Below are positions 15,171 to 30,505 of a stretch of DNA of 64,000 nt, one piece after another. The notes beneath the pieces were generated by a model. It was not told where the DNA came from. It saw only the letters and a list, made by a program, of their open reading frames with translations, and ran no database searches. How positions within the stretch are numbered: the first letter of the stretch is position 1; the number at the start of each line of letters is the position of its first letter. The DNA lies in the NCBI RefSeq assembly GCF_009914755.1, contig NC_060935.1. One strand, written 5' to 3'. The translations under genes were made by a program, and so were the position numbers. Origin of the DNA: the human T2T-CHM13v2.0 reference genome, Homo sapiens.

Positions 15171-16569
15171 CTTTGTGGATTTATCTACCTTTGATCTTTG
15201 CTGTTGGTGATCTTTGGATGGAGTTTTTGAGTGGTTGTTCTTTTTGCTGATGTTGATGCTGTTGATTTCTGTTTGTCAGTTTTTCTTCTAACAGTCAGCA
15301 CTCTCTTCTGTAGGTCTGCTGGAGTTTGCTGGGGGTCCACTCCAGATCCTGTTTACCTGGGTATCACCAGCAGAGGCTGCATAACAGCAAAGACTGCTGC
15401 CTGCTCCTTTCTCTGGAAGCTTCCTCCCAGAGGGGCACCCACCAGAGCTCTCCTGTATGAGATATCTGTCGACCCCTGCTGGGAGGTTTTTCCTTGTCAG
15501 GAGGCACAGGGGTCAGGACCCACTTGAGGAGGCAGGCAGTCTGTCCCTTAGCAGACCTGGAGCACTGTGCTGGGAGATCCGCTGCTCTCTTCAGAGCTGG
15601 CAGGCAGGAAGGTTTAAGTCTGCTGAAGTTGTACCCACAGCCGCCCCTTCCCCCTGGTGCCCTGTCCCAGGGAGATGGGAGTTTTATCTATAAGTCCCTG
15701 ACTGAGGCTACTGCCTTTCTTTCAGAGATGTCCTGCCAGAGAGGAGGAATCTGGAGAGGCAGTCTGGCTACAGTGGCTTTGAGGAGCAGTGGTGGGCTCC
15801 GCCCAGTCCAAACTTCCCAGTGGCTTTGTTTACACTATGACCAGGAAAACCACCTACTCAAGCCTCAGTAATGGCAGACCCACCTCCCCCCACCAAGCTG
15901 GAGCCCTGGGTGGACTTCACACTGCTGTGCTGGCAGCGAGAATTTCAAGCCAGTGGATCTTAGCTTGCTGAGCTCTGTGGCGGTACGATCCACTGAACAA
16001 GAACACTTGGCTGTCTGACTTCAGCTCCCTTTCCAGGGGAGTGAACAGTTCTGTCTTGCTGGCTTTCCAGGCGTCACTGGGGTATGGGGGAAAAAAAAAA
16101 CCCTCCTGCAACTAGCTTGGCTTCTGCCCAATCAGCCACCCAGTTTTGTGCTTGAAACCCAGGGCCCTTGTGGTGTAGGCACCTGAGGGAATCTCCTGGT
16201 GGGTGGGTTGTGAAGACCATGGGAAAGGCGTAGCATCTGGGTCAGAGAGCACTGTCCCTCACAGCACAGTCCCTCATGGCTTCCCTTAGCTAGGGGAGGG
16301 AGTTCCCTGACCCCTTGTGCTTCCCGGGTGAGGCAATGCCCCACCCTGCTTCTGCTTACCCTCTGTGGGCTGCACCCACTGTCTAACTGGTCCCAGTGAG
16401 ATGAACTGGCTACCTCAGTTGGAAATGCAGTAATCACCTGCCTTCTCTGTTGGTCTTGCTGGAAGCTGTAGACCGGAGCTGTTCCTATTTGGCCATCTTG
16501 CTCAGGAATCTAATTTTTTAATTTAAAAAACAAATGAAAACAGCCAAAAGGAAAAAAAAGACAAACTGT

Positions 16570-16706
16570 TTCCCAGCTACTCAGGAGGCTGAGCCAGGAG
16601 AATTGCTTGAATCCAGGAGGCGGAGGTTGCAGTGAGCCGACATCACACCAGCCTGGCAACAGAGTGAGACTCCGTCTCAAAAAATAAATAAATAAATAAT
16701 AAAAAA
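16570..16706 (+). mobile_element. Alu right-arm fragment (AluS-like)
   Basis: TCCCAGCTACTCAGGAGGCTGAG...GAGACTCCGTCTC plus (AAAT)n tail. Confidence 0.9.
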
Positions 16707-16907
16707 GTATATGCTTAAATAAGTGGATTGTCCTTTTCAGCCAGCATCTGTCTTTAGGACCCTGGCGATCCCACGTTGACAGCCACACTTGCCCTTCTCC
16801 TTCCACCAGAGTTTTAGTTTTTAATCAGTATTTTCTGTTCCCTGCTATTGCAAACAAACTCATTTAAAAGGAGCAGACTTTTTTTGTACTTTCGTACTTT
16901 TTAAAAA

Positions 16908-17072
<165 letters not shown>

Positions 17073-17184
17073 TAGAATTACTTAGGAATTGTCTCATTTC
17101 TAAATGGTATTTAAGTATTATGACTGGGGATTAAATATCACATACCCTGAGGACCCTGGTGAGTTGAAATTATGTATGACAGGA

Positions 17185-17310
17185 TCTGGTCTTTGGAGGA
17201 AGGCAGGTCTCATTTCCACACCAGTCTCTTCATTTACTGGTTTTGTGACCTTGTATACATCATTTAATACCTTTCTGAGCCACCAATTGTCTGCAAACTT
17301 GGGTGATAAG
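17185..17310 (+). mobile_element. MIR fragment
   Basis: CATTTACTGGTTTTGTGACCTTG...TTTAATACCTTTCTGAGCC. Confidence 0.55.
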
Positions 17311-17890
17311 ACTTTATAATTTTTCAAAAATAAAATTTTAGATTACTAAATTAAAAGTTAAAGATATAACATATAAAACAATATTAATATATTTAGTAAT
17401 GTGACTGTCATAAAAGAGAATTGCAGAAGATTTGATTTTTTGCAGGTTCCTCTTGTTTTGTATTGTTTTAAATGGTGTGTGTTAACATTTTAACATTTAT
17501 ATCTGATCTGACTGGATAGAAGGCTCAGAAGATTAGGAGAATCCAATTTACTTAAAGGGAATGAAAATAATTTATCATAAAAATCTAAGGATAAAAATCT
17601 TTACAAGCTGTCAACAACCAAGAACATTAGTATGATGACATAATTAATAGGAATAGAACTGTTGCAATTCTCAGATATCAACTTTAACCTGGCATCTTCA
17701 GGCAAAAATAATGAAGTCAAAATGGAAATTTTCTAGCACCAACAGAGAACTGTCAATCATGATAAATTGAAAACACTTAACAAAAATATGTTTAATATAT
17801 TTCTATTTTGGATAGCTCAAAGACCAAATATAGATGTCTTAAAGGTGATGGATTTTGAATAAGAGCTGATATGATCTAATATATCAAGCA

Positions 17891-18413
17891 TAGCCATGTG
17901 TCACATAGAGATGTTTTTATCAATGCTGAACCGCATGTAAGATGGAGGTCCCATAAGATTGTAATGGAGCTGGAAGATGACTATCACCTAGTGATGTCAC
18001 AGCCTTCCTAACATTGTAGCACAAAATACTAGTCAAATATTTGTGGTGCTGTTGGTGTAAACTAACCTATGCTGCTTGTTGCATAAGAGTACAACACATT
18101 CTGTACAGTATATGATACTTGAAAATAAATGACTACATTACTGGCTTATTCATTTACTATACTATGCTTTGTAATTAATATTTTAAAGTATCATCTTTCT
18201 ATGCACAAATATATAGATATACATATATGTGTGTCTATATGCTTTATAATTTAACTATATATTTATATAATTGAACTATGTTTATGTAAACAGAAATATA
18301 TAAATGTATATGTTTATAATTATATTTATATATTTATATAGATATATATTTATATAATTTAACTATAAATGTATATAAATTAACTATAAAATAGCCTAAC
18401 CAGGTCATTCAGG
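17891..18413 (+). mobile_element. Tigger3/MER7-type TcMar DNA transposon fragment with AT-microsatellite expansion (~18205-18385)
   Basis: GGTCCCATAAGATTGTAATGGAGCTG, CCTAGTGATGTC and TGGTGTAAACTAACCTA match the recalled Tigger3 left end. Confidence 0.8.
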
Positions 18414-21400
18414 TTTTGGTTTATGCAAAAATATTTCCTTAAGGATTTACTTTCATTCAGGTATATGCAAAACGATCAAAAACAAGAAAAAACAAATGCA
18501 ATCATTCCTTGGATTCTCTACTGACTTGTTCTAAACTACGAACACCCATGGGGTCATTAAAGTATTAGGCAGTGAATACCATTCAAAACTAATGTACACC
18601 TCATTTATTAAATCAATTTTGTCTTCTTGGCAATGATTAGAGGACTGAACAGGGTGAACTGTGTTATGGAGGGAAGGAAATGTTACTTTAGTGCACAGAA
18701 CTGAGTCAGTTGCCGTGATAGCAAATAACATCACATTAACTAGATTTTGGAGATGTAAGTTAGGTGATAGATGGATAGAAAAAAGACAGGTGGTAGAAGG
18801 ATGTGAAGGACACATTTCACTGATTTGCTAACTCTTCCCAAATCTGGTTAGTTCATTACCTGCCTAAATCATCAACTTATCAACTGGAAGAGAGGTAATC
18901 AAAAATATCACAATTCAAATAAAACTACTCTCTTCTCAAACGATGCCTTCTTGAAACCAGTAGGCGTCACAGAAAAAAAGAATGTATCTCAAATGCCTCG
19001 GCAGTGGCAGCTTCTATTCTTTCATTAGGAAATGGGTAAAGAATAACCAGTTGTCACATCTCTATTTTTTTTCTGGATCCAAGAAGCATAGCATTTTGAA
19101 ATCACTCCCACCATGGTTTAACCTCAGTTTATTGACAAGGCAGTGTTATGGAATCGATTCTAACAGGAATGGGAGTTTTCCCATCACTCTCGATTCTTGT
19201 AACACTTTGCCAAACATAGCCACCTCCTGGAATGGCAAGGCTGCTGCCCTGTTTTAAAAGAGAAGGGCCAGAAGTGTAGATGAGAGCTTCATTTTCTTGT
19301 TTCCAAGTGGAAACTGCTATTAATCTGTCCAATTGCTAATCTCACCTGGGTAAATGAGTTTGGCTAGGGTCTTCAGTCAGACTCGACTTGTATTCACAAT
19401 ATGTGAGGATTTTGTATACATAAAATATATCCTTCTTAATTTTCCACTCCTATCAGCTGTGGACTTTTTTCATTTTTAGTTGTTAGCTATAAGTAGTTAT
19501 GATACTGTTTTCATACAATGCCTTTTTTTTCTGGTATAGTTTTTTTGCTACCCTTGGCAAACCTGCAAAATTTTATACATTAAAAATATGTTTGTGTAAT
19601 TAAACACAAATATATTTAAAGTGTATATTAATATATATATTTTATGTACATAGAGTACATTAATGTATATATTTTATACACATATATAATGTACATATTA
19701 ATAAAAATAATAAGATTCAGTTTATATATTATCTTGTGTTTTTCAGTTGGCTGGATATAACTTACATGACTTTATTAGCTCTGTTAATAACAATTAGAGA
19801 TCACTTTCACATTTGAAGGCAAGAGCTAAATTGGCCAAATATAAAAGACACATATGCTAAAACGAATATTTAGAAAAAGATTTTTCCCCATTGATAAACT
19901 CGCTAAAGTTGAGGTTGTAATCACAATTTGGGAGTTAATTTATTTTTAATAGCTGATACTTCCATTTCTCTGTTCAAAATGATTGTCAGAATAAAACCCA
20001 TAATCCAAAATGTCTGGAAATAAAGACCATTTTCAGTGTCCTCCAGCTGTATTATGAAAGGAGATACTTCTTTTCTTCCTTGTGCTCAGATTTCAAAAAG
20101 GAGATTAGTGCAAAATCAATTTATAAAGCATCTAAAGTGTTCTAACAATCACATCTCCATTCCAGTGAATTTAGTAAATGCATTTTACCTCTCTACTGAG
20201 ATGTTTTTACTATAATGAAAAACCCAATGAAATGTTTCCCTATTAGGTCTATTATTCATCCCTTCTGTCCTGCCTCCCTTTAAAACAGTAACCGAAAGGG
20301 CATAGTGAAGATTCAATTTTTGTTTTGCCTTATAACGCCATATTAATCAACTCACCATCCATATGCAGTGGGTTGTGGATGCTTGGCACACTTACTATGT
20401 TTTGTCTTACTTGGAGCCTTTCTGGGATGTGTGTTTTTGGATTTTTTTTCACAGCATTAAACTAATTATTGAGAAGGAAGAAAAGTTTTAAAATCTCCAT
20501 GGGACAGTAATTAACCCAACCCTAATTCTGTATGTATTTTGGCACAAAGTGTCACCATAGAAAATGACGTCAGGCTGTATGTTTTTCAAAAGGCACTTTA
20601 TAATTAGCTGCCTATTTATGAGACTGAGCCTGTGAGTTGGTGGTGGCCACCAGGCATATGCCTTCCTGCTTTTGCTGGAGAACTTCTTTAAATGTCTTTT
20701 TTTTTATAAACTTAACTTAAAGGTACAGAATTTAAATGAATGAGAGAACCCCAAACTCCCATTTCACAAATGCAAATATTCAGATGCAGCATAGTCTTAT
20801 TATTTTTCTTTTATAATTATTTTATTATACTATATTTTATGTTGCTTTTTTCTATTATTATTAATTTACTTCATATATTTTTTCCTTAGGTAGACAAAGA
20901 TGTAGGAACAAAGACAGTTTTATCTTAATTTTTTACTTTTTCTTTCTGTGGTAAATACTCCAGTTACATAAATACAATTTTCATATCTCTACTTTGAACT
21001 GAAACCTCTATTCTAAAGTTTCTGGGAGCCATCCATTACTGTATGAGCCATCCATTACTGTATGAAAAAACTTTGGTTTAAAAGGAGCTTCATAAAGTCT
21101 ATAGGGTGTGAATTCTTAAAACTGTGAAAATGGAAGCAATCTAGATATAAATCTGTTTCTGAAACAGTTTGGATACATAGCTACATAAAAGAAAGACATT
21201 TTGTAGAAATTGTTCTGTTAACTAGATACAGATTTGTGGTCCATTTCAGAGCCTTACCTATGGCTTTATGCTGAAAATATAAAATGTTGTGGAAGTACGT
21301 GGGTATGTTGCACTATGTATTCTTGGACAAGAGAAAAAATTGCTCATTTTTCCTATGTTCAGAAGAAACATTCATTAGCGCATTTTATCTTGTGCTTCTG

Positions 21401-22110
21401 GAATTCGCATAGATTCCTTAATGCATTTATATATTTAAATATTCAATTTTATTTATGGAGGAATATCCACTTTCTTGTTTAAACATGTTCTCTTAGAATT
21501 AAAATGCATAAGATAGAGTATTCTTGGCATTGGCATTTCAGAAGCAGCATATTTTTTTGCTTTTGCTTGTGGGAGTAAACAAAATAAAACACAAACAATA
21601 TTTCTTAATTGATTCAGATGTTTCAAATGAAATCATTTCATCCTGCAATGTTCAGGATGGTTTGTGATCAAGACAAACTTGTCTCCTTTTCTCAGCACAG
21701 CATCTGAGTGCAGAGAACAGCTGTCCCATTAACTAAAGCTGACAATCACATTCTAGTGTTTTTATCTGTTTTTTTCCCAGAGAGACCATAGATACAGGGA
21801 ATGGGAATTTCCCAGAATAAAGTTTGAAAGTGTACATCTTATGGTGACTGAGGTGGAGACAAAGGAAGAAGAATGCCCAAATTGGAGAAGTCTAACTAAA
21901 CATTCAAATCAAACTGTTCGTTTTATAGATGAGGCCTAAAGACATAGGTTGGAAAAGTGATTCCCAGCAAATGGGCTAGAACTCAGGTTTTCCATTATCC
22001 AGATTATACACCAAATTTCTCTATTTCTTTAGTTTTTATAAGACACAATGCCTTGCAATGGAATAAAATAATTTTACACTTGTTATTTGTTTAGGACCAC
22101 ACACATTTTT

Positions 22111-22378
22111 TAAAAATTTAATTTCAAATTCCAGGATACATGTGCAGGATGTGCAGGTTTGTTATGTAAATATGTGCCATGGTGGTTTGCTGTACTCATC
22201 AACCTATCACCTAGGTATTAAGCCCTGCATGCATTAGCTATTTATCCTGATGATCTCCCCACTGACCCTGCCAACAGGCCCCAGTGCGTGTTGTTCCCCT
22301 CCCTGTATCCATGTGTTCTCATTGTTCAGCTCCCACTTACAAATGAGAGCATGTGGTGTTTGGTTTTCTGTTCCTGGA
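22111..22378 (-). mobile_element. 5'-truncated L1PA (PA8-PA13 range) 3' fragment
   Basis: Antisense L1 3' UTR. 15-bp TSD ACCACACACATTTTT at 22096-22110 and 22379-22393. Confidence 0.9.
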
Positions 22379-22543
22379 ACCACACACATTTTTATCTGAA
22401 TGAAAGTTATAGTCACACACTGAGGGAAAGATGACTTCAGATATAACCACTCAGAAATTCAAAATGCAAATTTTATTTTAAGAATATACCTAATTAACTA
22501 TCCTGAGATAAGCTCATGAGAATAAATACGTATTATTAGAAAT

Positions 22544-23169
<626 letters not shown>

Positions 23170-23332
23170 GCAAAATGTGGTGTTGGACTACATTATGGCT
23201 AGTCTTGAAAATAGGAGCAATTAAGAGCTTGGTTGTTTCTTTTTTTCAGAAATAATATGATTTTTGACTAAATCTACTTACATAAGTCTAATGTATTTCC
23301 TAAGATCAATAGTATTTTAAAAGATCATGTTT

Positions 23333-23648
<316 letters not shown>

Positions 23649-24084
23649 TTAGTCCCAAAGACATTGGGACTAAGCTTATATTCTGTATTCAGGGATGATG
23701 TATTTTAATGTGTCAAACCGAAAGCCTTACTAGTGACAAGTTTCAACCAACAAAAGCCATTGTTCTGATTATCTGGGACATGGGTAATGTCACCAAACAT
23801 GACAAATAGGTAGAATTGATTTCCATTAAAAAAATTCTTGCCAAATAGACAAAAACTGTTAAATCTTTTAAATTCTTTGAGAGCCACATGGCAAGATACC
23901 TGAGAATCATCAAATTTTCAGACCCAGTAGTTTCATTATGATTCATCCAAAGGCACCAAAAGCTAAGAATATCAAAATAGATCCCAAAAGAGGTTACTTG
24001 CTGCAGTGATATAGAACGTAGCAAACCACAAGAAACAACATCAGTGGGGAATCATTTATTAACTCATGGTGTATCAGTAATATA

Positions 24085-24350
24085 GAGGGTTAAGAGAATC
24101 GTGGACTAAGCAAGAGTACAGGTTCTAGAGTCCAAGCCATTAGTTTTTAATAATAACTCTACCACTGAGTAACTCAGAAAGCAAGGTCAGATAATGTATA
24201 CTTTCAGTTTTCTGAAAAAAGGAGATTATGGTAGTGAAGGAGTCATAGAAAGTCCGTAGTAATGAAATGAGATTCATGCTTGAGAGGCTCGTAGACTTAT
24301 GTATTGTATATCTAGCATGCAGTAGAAACTCAGTAAATGTTGGATACTTT
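24085..24350 (+). mobile_element. Degraded MIR
   Basis: GGTTAAGAG...GAAATGAGATTCATGC...TAGAAACTCAGTAAATGTT. Confidence 0.55.
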
Positions 24351-24711
24351 ATTATTTTGTGAATATTTAGTAAGACTGTACTCACAAACACAATATAATT
24401 GAAATATATACTCCTTGTAAGACAAGGTTAAATGACAAGTTACAAATAGATACTGTGCATTCTCAAAAAGTTAAGCACAGAATGACCATATGACCCAGCA
24501 ATCACCCTCCTTGCTCCGTACCCAAAAGAAATAAAATTCAAAAAAAGAGAAAAAAAATTTGTACTCAAATGTTTCTAGCAGAATTTTTCACACTCGCCAA
24601 AAGATGGAAACAGCCCAAATTTTTATTAACAATTGTGATATGTGTATACAGTGCAATATTAGTCAACCATAAAAAGCAGTGAAGTGCTGATACATATTAA
24701 AATGTGAATGA

Positions 24712-25088
<377 letters not shown>

Positions 25089-25209
25089 TCAAACACAGAG
25101 GGTCACACATTGTGTGGTTCCATTTGTATGGAATATCAGAACAAGTTTTTCCACAGAGACAGACAGCAGATTGGTGTTTACCAGTGGGTAGGGGTAGAGG
25201 GAATATAAG

Positions 25210-25721
25210 TGTATCATTTCCTAGGGCTGCCATCATAAATTACCACCAGCCGAGTAAGTTACACAATAAATATTTACTTTCACAATGAAGGTAAGAAGTC
25301 TGAAATTAAGATGTCAGTGGAAACATGTTTCCTCTGAAATTAAGATGTCAGTGGAAACATGTTTCCTCTGAAATCTGTAGCAGAATCCTTCCTTGCCTTC
25401 TAGTCTCTGCTGATGTGCCAAGCGATCTTTGGAGTCCCTTGGCTCACAGTGGCATAACTCCAGTCTCTGACTTTGTTGTCACGGGGTGTACTACCAGTGC
25501 ATCTCTGTCTTCACATGGCTGTCTTCTTATTAGAACACTAGTCATATTGAATTAATATCCCACTCCCCTACCCCAACTCCTCCAGGATAACCTCATTTCA
25601 AGGAATCCCATCTGCCTTAAGTCTATTTCCAAATAAGGTCATATTCTGATGTTCCAGGGCTTAGGATCTTTTTTTTTTTTTTTTTTTTTTTTTTCAGTGA
25701 GGCACGATTCAACCCATAACA
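25210..25721 (-). mobile_element. MaLR solo LTR (MLT1C-like)
   Basis: TGTATCATTTCCTAGGGCTGCCAT...TTCCAAATAAGGTCATATTCTGA...ATTCAACCCATAACA. Confidence 0.85.
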
Positions 25722-26524
25722 GAGAAATAACTCCTTATTGGAAACAAGGTTTTATTTTGATATGATGAAAATATTTTGGAACTAGAAAGTAGCAGTGATT
25801 GGACAACGTTGTAAAGATATTAAATGCCACTGAACTGTTCATTTAAAATGGTAATTTCATGTTATGTGTATTTCACCTCAATTAAAGAATGGAACATGTC
25901 TTATAATTGTAAATTACATGAGAACATATTTATGTTGGAAGTGAACACAAGTTTTTATTTTAAAAAGTAGAATAACTCTCAGGGGAAACTAAGTTTTTAT
26001 ATATTATAATACCTTCTTGTTAATTTTAATTATGTAAAGAATACCCTCAAAATATAGCTGAGATGAGTGAAGATAGAAAAGGAAATGCTAAGGCATCTTA
26101 AAGTAGAATAAATTTTGAGATCCTCAGATATGCAGAAGAAGATAGAGGTGTGTGGGAAGTCTTGAACAGAAAGGTGTCAGCTCCAAGGAGACCTGGGAAA
26201 CCTGGGACTTAAAAGAGAAACATGAGCCTGGAAGGAGACCCCTTGATAAGAAAGGTTTAGTCCTTTTAAGAACAGGGATGTGTGAAATTTATTATTCATC
26301 TCTTTATTATGTGAAACTCCAATGTTCAGTTTCATTCCATTACCAAAAACTTGCATTATGGATGAGGTTTATGGAAAATCTGAGAATAGAACCAAGAACA
26401 AAGAAGAGAGGAACCCGAAGGAGTAAGATCAGGAGTGTGGCCAAGGACTAATTGTGACATTGTAAGTATGAAAAATCAACAAGGGAAGCCATGAGAAGAT
26501 ATAACCCCAAGAAGGCACGGTTAT

Positions 26525-26916
26525 TGTGTTAGTTTGTTACGCATTGCTGTAAAGGAATACCCAAGGCTGGGTAATTTATAAAGAAATGGGGTTTCTCTGG
26601 TTCATGGTTCTGCAGACTATACAAGATGCATGGTGCCAACATCTGTTTCTTGTGAGGACCTCAGGAAGTTTCCAGTCATGGTGGAAAGTGAAGTGGGACC
26701 AGACATGTCACATGGTGAGAGAAAGTGGGGTGGGGAGGTGCCAGGCTCTTTAAACAAACAGTTCTCAGCGTAACTCATTACAATGGGGAGGAGCCAAGCC
26801 ATTCATGAGGGCTCTGGTCCTGTGACCCAAACACCTTCCACCAGGTCCCACCTCTCCTATGGGGGATCACATTTCAATGTAAAATCTGGAGGCAACAAAA
26901 TATTCAAACCATATCA
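26525..26916 (-). mobile_element. MaLR solo LTR (MSTA/MSTB-like)
   Basis: GCATTGCTGTAAAGGAATACC...CTGGGTAATTTATAAAGAAA...AAACCATATCA. Confidence 0.9.
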
Positions 26917-28264
26917 GCAGTCTTGGGAAAGGCTCTGTACCTCTGACAGGACATGGGAGGGTAGGGAAAAGAAGGTCCATTCATTTACAAAAGTACATGG
27001 TTTCAGGTTACATCTGAGTTACATGGGAATACTACTGAATACAAATAAAAGATGGTTTTAAAATTATTCACACTATTCTATAGTATATTACTAAGTTAGC
27101 CTTAGTATAAGAAAAATAGAAGGTAGGTGTTTGAAGTTTTTTCTTGCTGTTATTTTTTTGACTTTGGTGTTTGGAAAGGGAAGCAAAGTGGTGAACCATG
27201 GTTTAGGCTCTTATTTAAATTTAAAAAAATTGATTTCACAAATGCATGAAGTCTGAATGGCATGTGCTATTTGTAGGAGGCAAAGAATCATTTGTTCAGA
27301 ATATTTTAAAGAAAATGGAAACCATTTACTAAAGTAAGACATTTTACAACAAATCCAAATATGCTTCTGTGGTTTTTTAAATAATCTCTTACTAGTGTAA
27401 ATACTAACCTTCATGTCATGGCTTTAAAAACCCAAACAACTGACTGTTAAAATACTTGGGGATAGAAACACAAAGTGTTTCTTCCGGCTGGAAGCAATTT
27501 CTCAGCAATGTTTTCTTCTGAGAGATAGTTCTCTATATTACAAATTGGTTGGGAATACAAGGACATCATGGAAGATGGATAAAGTACTTGAATGTTGATG
27601 TCCTGATTCTGTCACCTAGACCCACAATTTTAACTCTCCTGTGTGTCAAGTGCTATATAAGGAACAGTCAGGGAGAAAAGCCACAGAAAACTCTTCAGCA
27701 CTTCCATTTTGAGCCAATGTTCTCATCCAAAAATGCTGTACATTGCTGAGGGGCATTTATTAAGTAGTAGTTCAGCTTCACACATGGAGGAAGATCTTAT
27801 TTCTTTTGTGGAACAAATGATTTCTTCTGAGATAGGGTTATTCATGCTTTGAGGTTCTCCAACACGGAACACGTTATTTTGGATCATCTTTTACTCCTTT
27901 CAATAGATTCTGAGATGCAAGCACTGAAGGTTATCATCACAGTGCAAGGAGGAAGATGGAATTATTATGTAGCTTAAACAGAGCACAAAAGACTGAGCAG
28001 AGCTAATAGGTTTCTTCAAGTTCAATTCCACTGTTTTCACATGAGTAACCTTTTAGCCTAAGGCTCATTGGTCCAACAACAAAGCACAGACTAATTCACT
28101 CTCACTCATGGTCTACTTACCAAGAATATCGCCTGATGTTTCCACACACTCAGAAGGTGGCTGCCTTGGAATTGCCCAACAGTCATAAAATTTTCCAAGA
28201 AAATGGAAAGGCTCATTCACTATGCCAAGTAGAAATTTAAGGACGGGATAGTTTCTGTATAAAT

Positions 28265-28784
28265 TGGTAGAACAGACATATGTTTATTACTCAACCACTT
28301 CCCCTTCTCTTTCCTAGGAACCTGTCTCATGATATCATGGGCCACCCCTAAACTGGGTCCTTATAACCCTTTTGTCAGCCCCACCTCTCTTAGTTGAATA
28401 GCCCTGGTATGGGCATTTGACCCAAAAGTCTTCTCAAAAACTGAGGAAGTAAACGCAAGGAAGAGGCTTTCTCTAAGGCTGAAATCATAAGCTCAGAAAA
28501 TTTTGTGAGCCATATTTCTTTTCAAGTGGTTTAAAGATAAGGAGGAAATTAAAAGGCAAATCTGACAGAAGAATAAAGCAAATACTCAGATACCAGCAGA
28601 GATGGAAATCCTTCTTGTTGCTATTCATTAAATTTATGGTTAAAATAGGTCATAATTTGGCCAAACACAACTTTTAATTTTTCAAAAAGATATTTTTGTG
28701 TTATTATAATTTGCTTTCCTTTTTGCTTAACTTATTTAAGTTGTGTTCATGTCACCTGTAAAGAAAATATTCTTTACCAATACA
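28265..28784 (+). mobile_element. Old MaLR LTR (MLT1K-like)
   Basis: CCCCTTCTCTTTCCTAG, GGGCATTTGACCCAAA and terminal TGTCACCTGTAAAGAAAAT...ACCAATACA. Confidence 0.55.
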
Positions 28785-28887
28785 AGCTTATGTTCCAGCA
28801 AACATTGCATGTTCTCCTTTTTTCATCAAAAAATCTTAGATCACAAAAATGCAGTTTTTTTAATTGAAGGAAAAATAATTATATTGA

Positions 28888-29246
<359 letters not shown>

Positions 29247-29336
29247 AACACACACTAATTTATACCACAAGATGTACTAGTGCTGCCTCAGTTTACTTAT
29301 CTGAAAATCCCTTACATACTACACTTGTCAACTCTG

Positions 29337-29440
29337 TGACTACAATGGCAGAACTGAGTAGTTGAGACAGAGAACATAAGGCACTTGACACGTAAAATAT
29401 GTATTATCTGGTCTTACAGAGAAACGTTGATGACTCCTGA
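29337..29440 (-). mobile_element. MER58-like hAT-Charlie fragment
   Basis: CTACAATGGCAGAACTGAGTAGTTGAGACAGAGA...AAAATATGTATTATCTGGTC. Confidence 0.7.
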
Positions 29441-29855
29441 TTTAGACCAACCTTGTATAGCTAAGGCAAGATTGAAAAACCCATGGCTCACCTGCTCTTA
29501 TTGTGTGCCCATGGCAGACATACCTAGTGGATTAAGGTACCCTTTCAAACTAGGCAAAGACATGGCTACCACAGCTTCTTAGTATTCTAAGAAGAAGCTA
29601 ATAATTAATCTGCACTGGCAAAGGAGATATGATATCTTTGTTCTATCTGGACTATGGAATTTTATAGATTCATATTTTCAGGCTGTCAGCTTTTCAACAA
29701 ATTTTCAATATTCTCTACACTCAGCATGTAGCCCCTTCTGTGTGTAAAAGATATTACACAAGGGGATAAGTGGACAGGTGATATAAAACTGTTTAAGCTA
29801 GCATCTGGTTCAAGTAACATTTTAACCTCAACAGATGATCAAACCATACCAAAAA

Positions 29856-30505
29856 GCCACATTTTCTTATCCGTTTATCCATTGATGGATACATAGGTTG
29901 TTTTCATGTCTCGGCTATTGTGACTAGTGCTGCAATAAACATGAGAGTGCAGAGATGTTTTCCACATGCTAATTTCATAAAAAAGGAAATCCTATAATTT
30001 GTAACAACATGGTTAACTCTGGAGGACAGTATGTTAAGTGAAACAAGCCAAGCACAGCAATACATGCTGTCACCACACGATCTCACCCATATGTGCAAAC
30101 TAAAAAAGTTCATCTCACAGAATAGAGTATAACGGTTATGATAATGGTTACTAGAGGTGGTGCTGTTGGTGGGTGCAGTGAAGGGGGAAGTTGGGGAGAT
30201 GCTGGTTAAAAGGTACAAAATTACAGTTAGATAGGAGGATGATTGTACAGCATACTGAGTAAAGTTAATGACAATATATTTGTTCTTGGAAAATGCTAAA
30301 CAAAATGTTAAGTATTCTCACCACAAAAATGATGACTATATGAGGCAAGGCATATGCTCATTAGTCAGATTTAGCCATTCCACAGTGTGTATATATATAT
30401 ATATATATAATTTCAAAACATCATGTTGTATGTGATGAATATGTGTAATTTTATCTCTCAGTTTCAAAAATAAATAAATTTGTAATAAAAATATAAATAA
30501 ATAAC
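29856..30505 (+). mobile_element. L1MA-type insertion with 5' inversion (antisense 29856-29978, sense 29979-30505)
   Basis: Antisense CCATTGATGGATACATAGGTTG...GCTGCAATAAACATG joined to sense GGAAATCC...TTAGCCATTCCACA 3' end. Flanking AAAAGCCA repeat. Confidence 0.8.

Noticed and set aside
19120-19250. Minus-strand exon after acceptor CTTCTCTTTTAAAACAG
   Set aside because: Good acceptor, but no convincing donor and no recognisable peptide.
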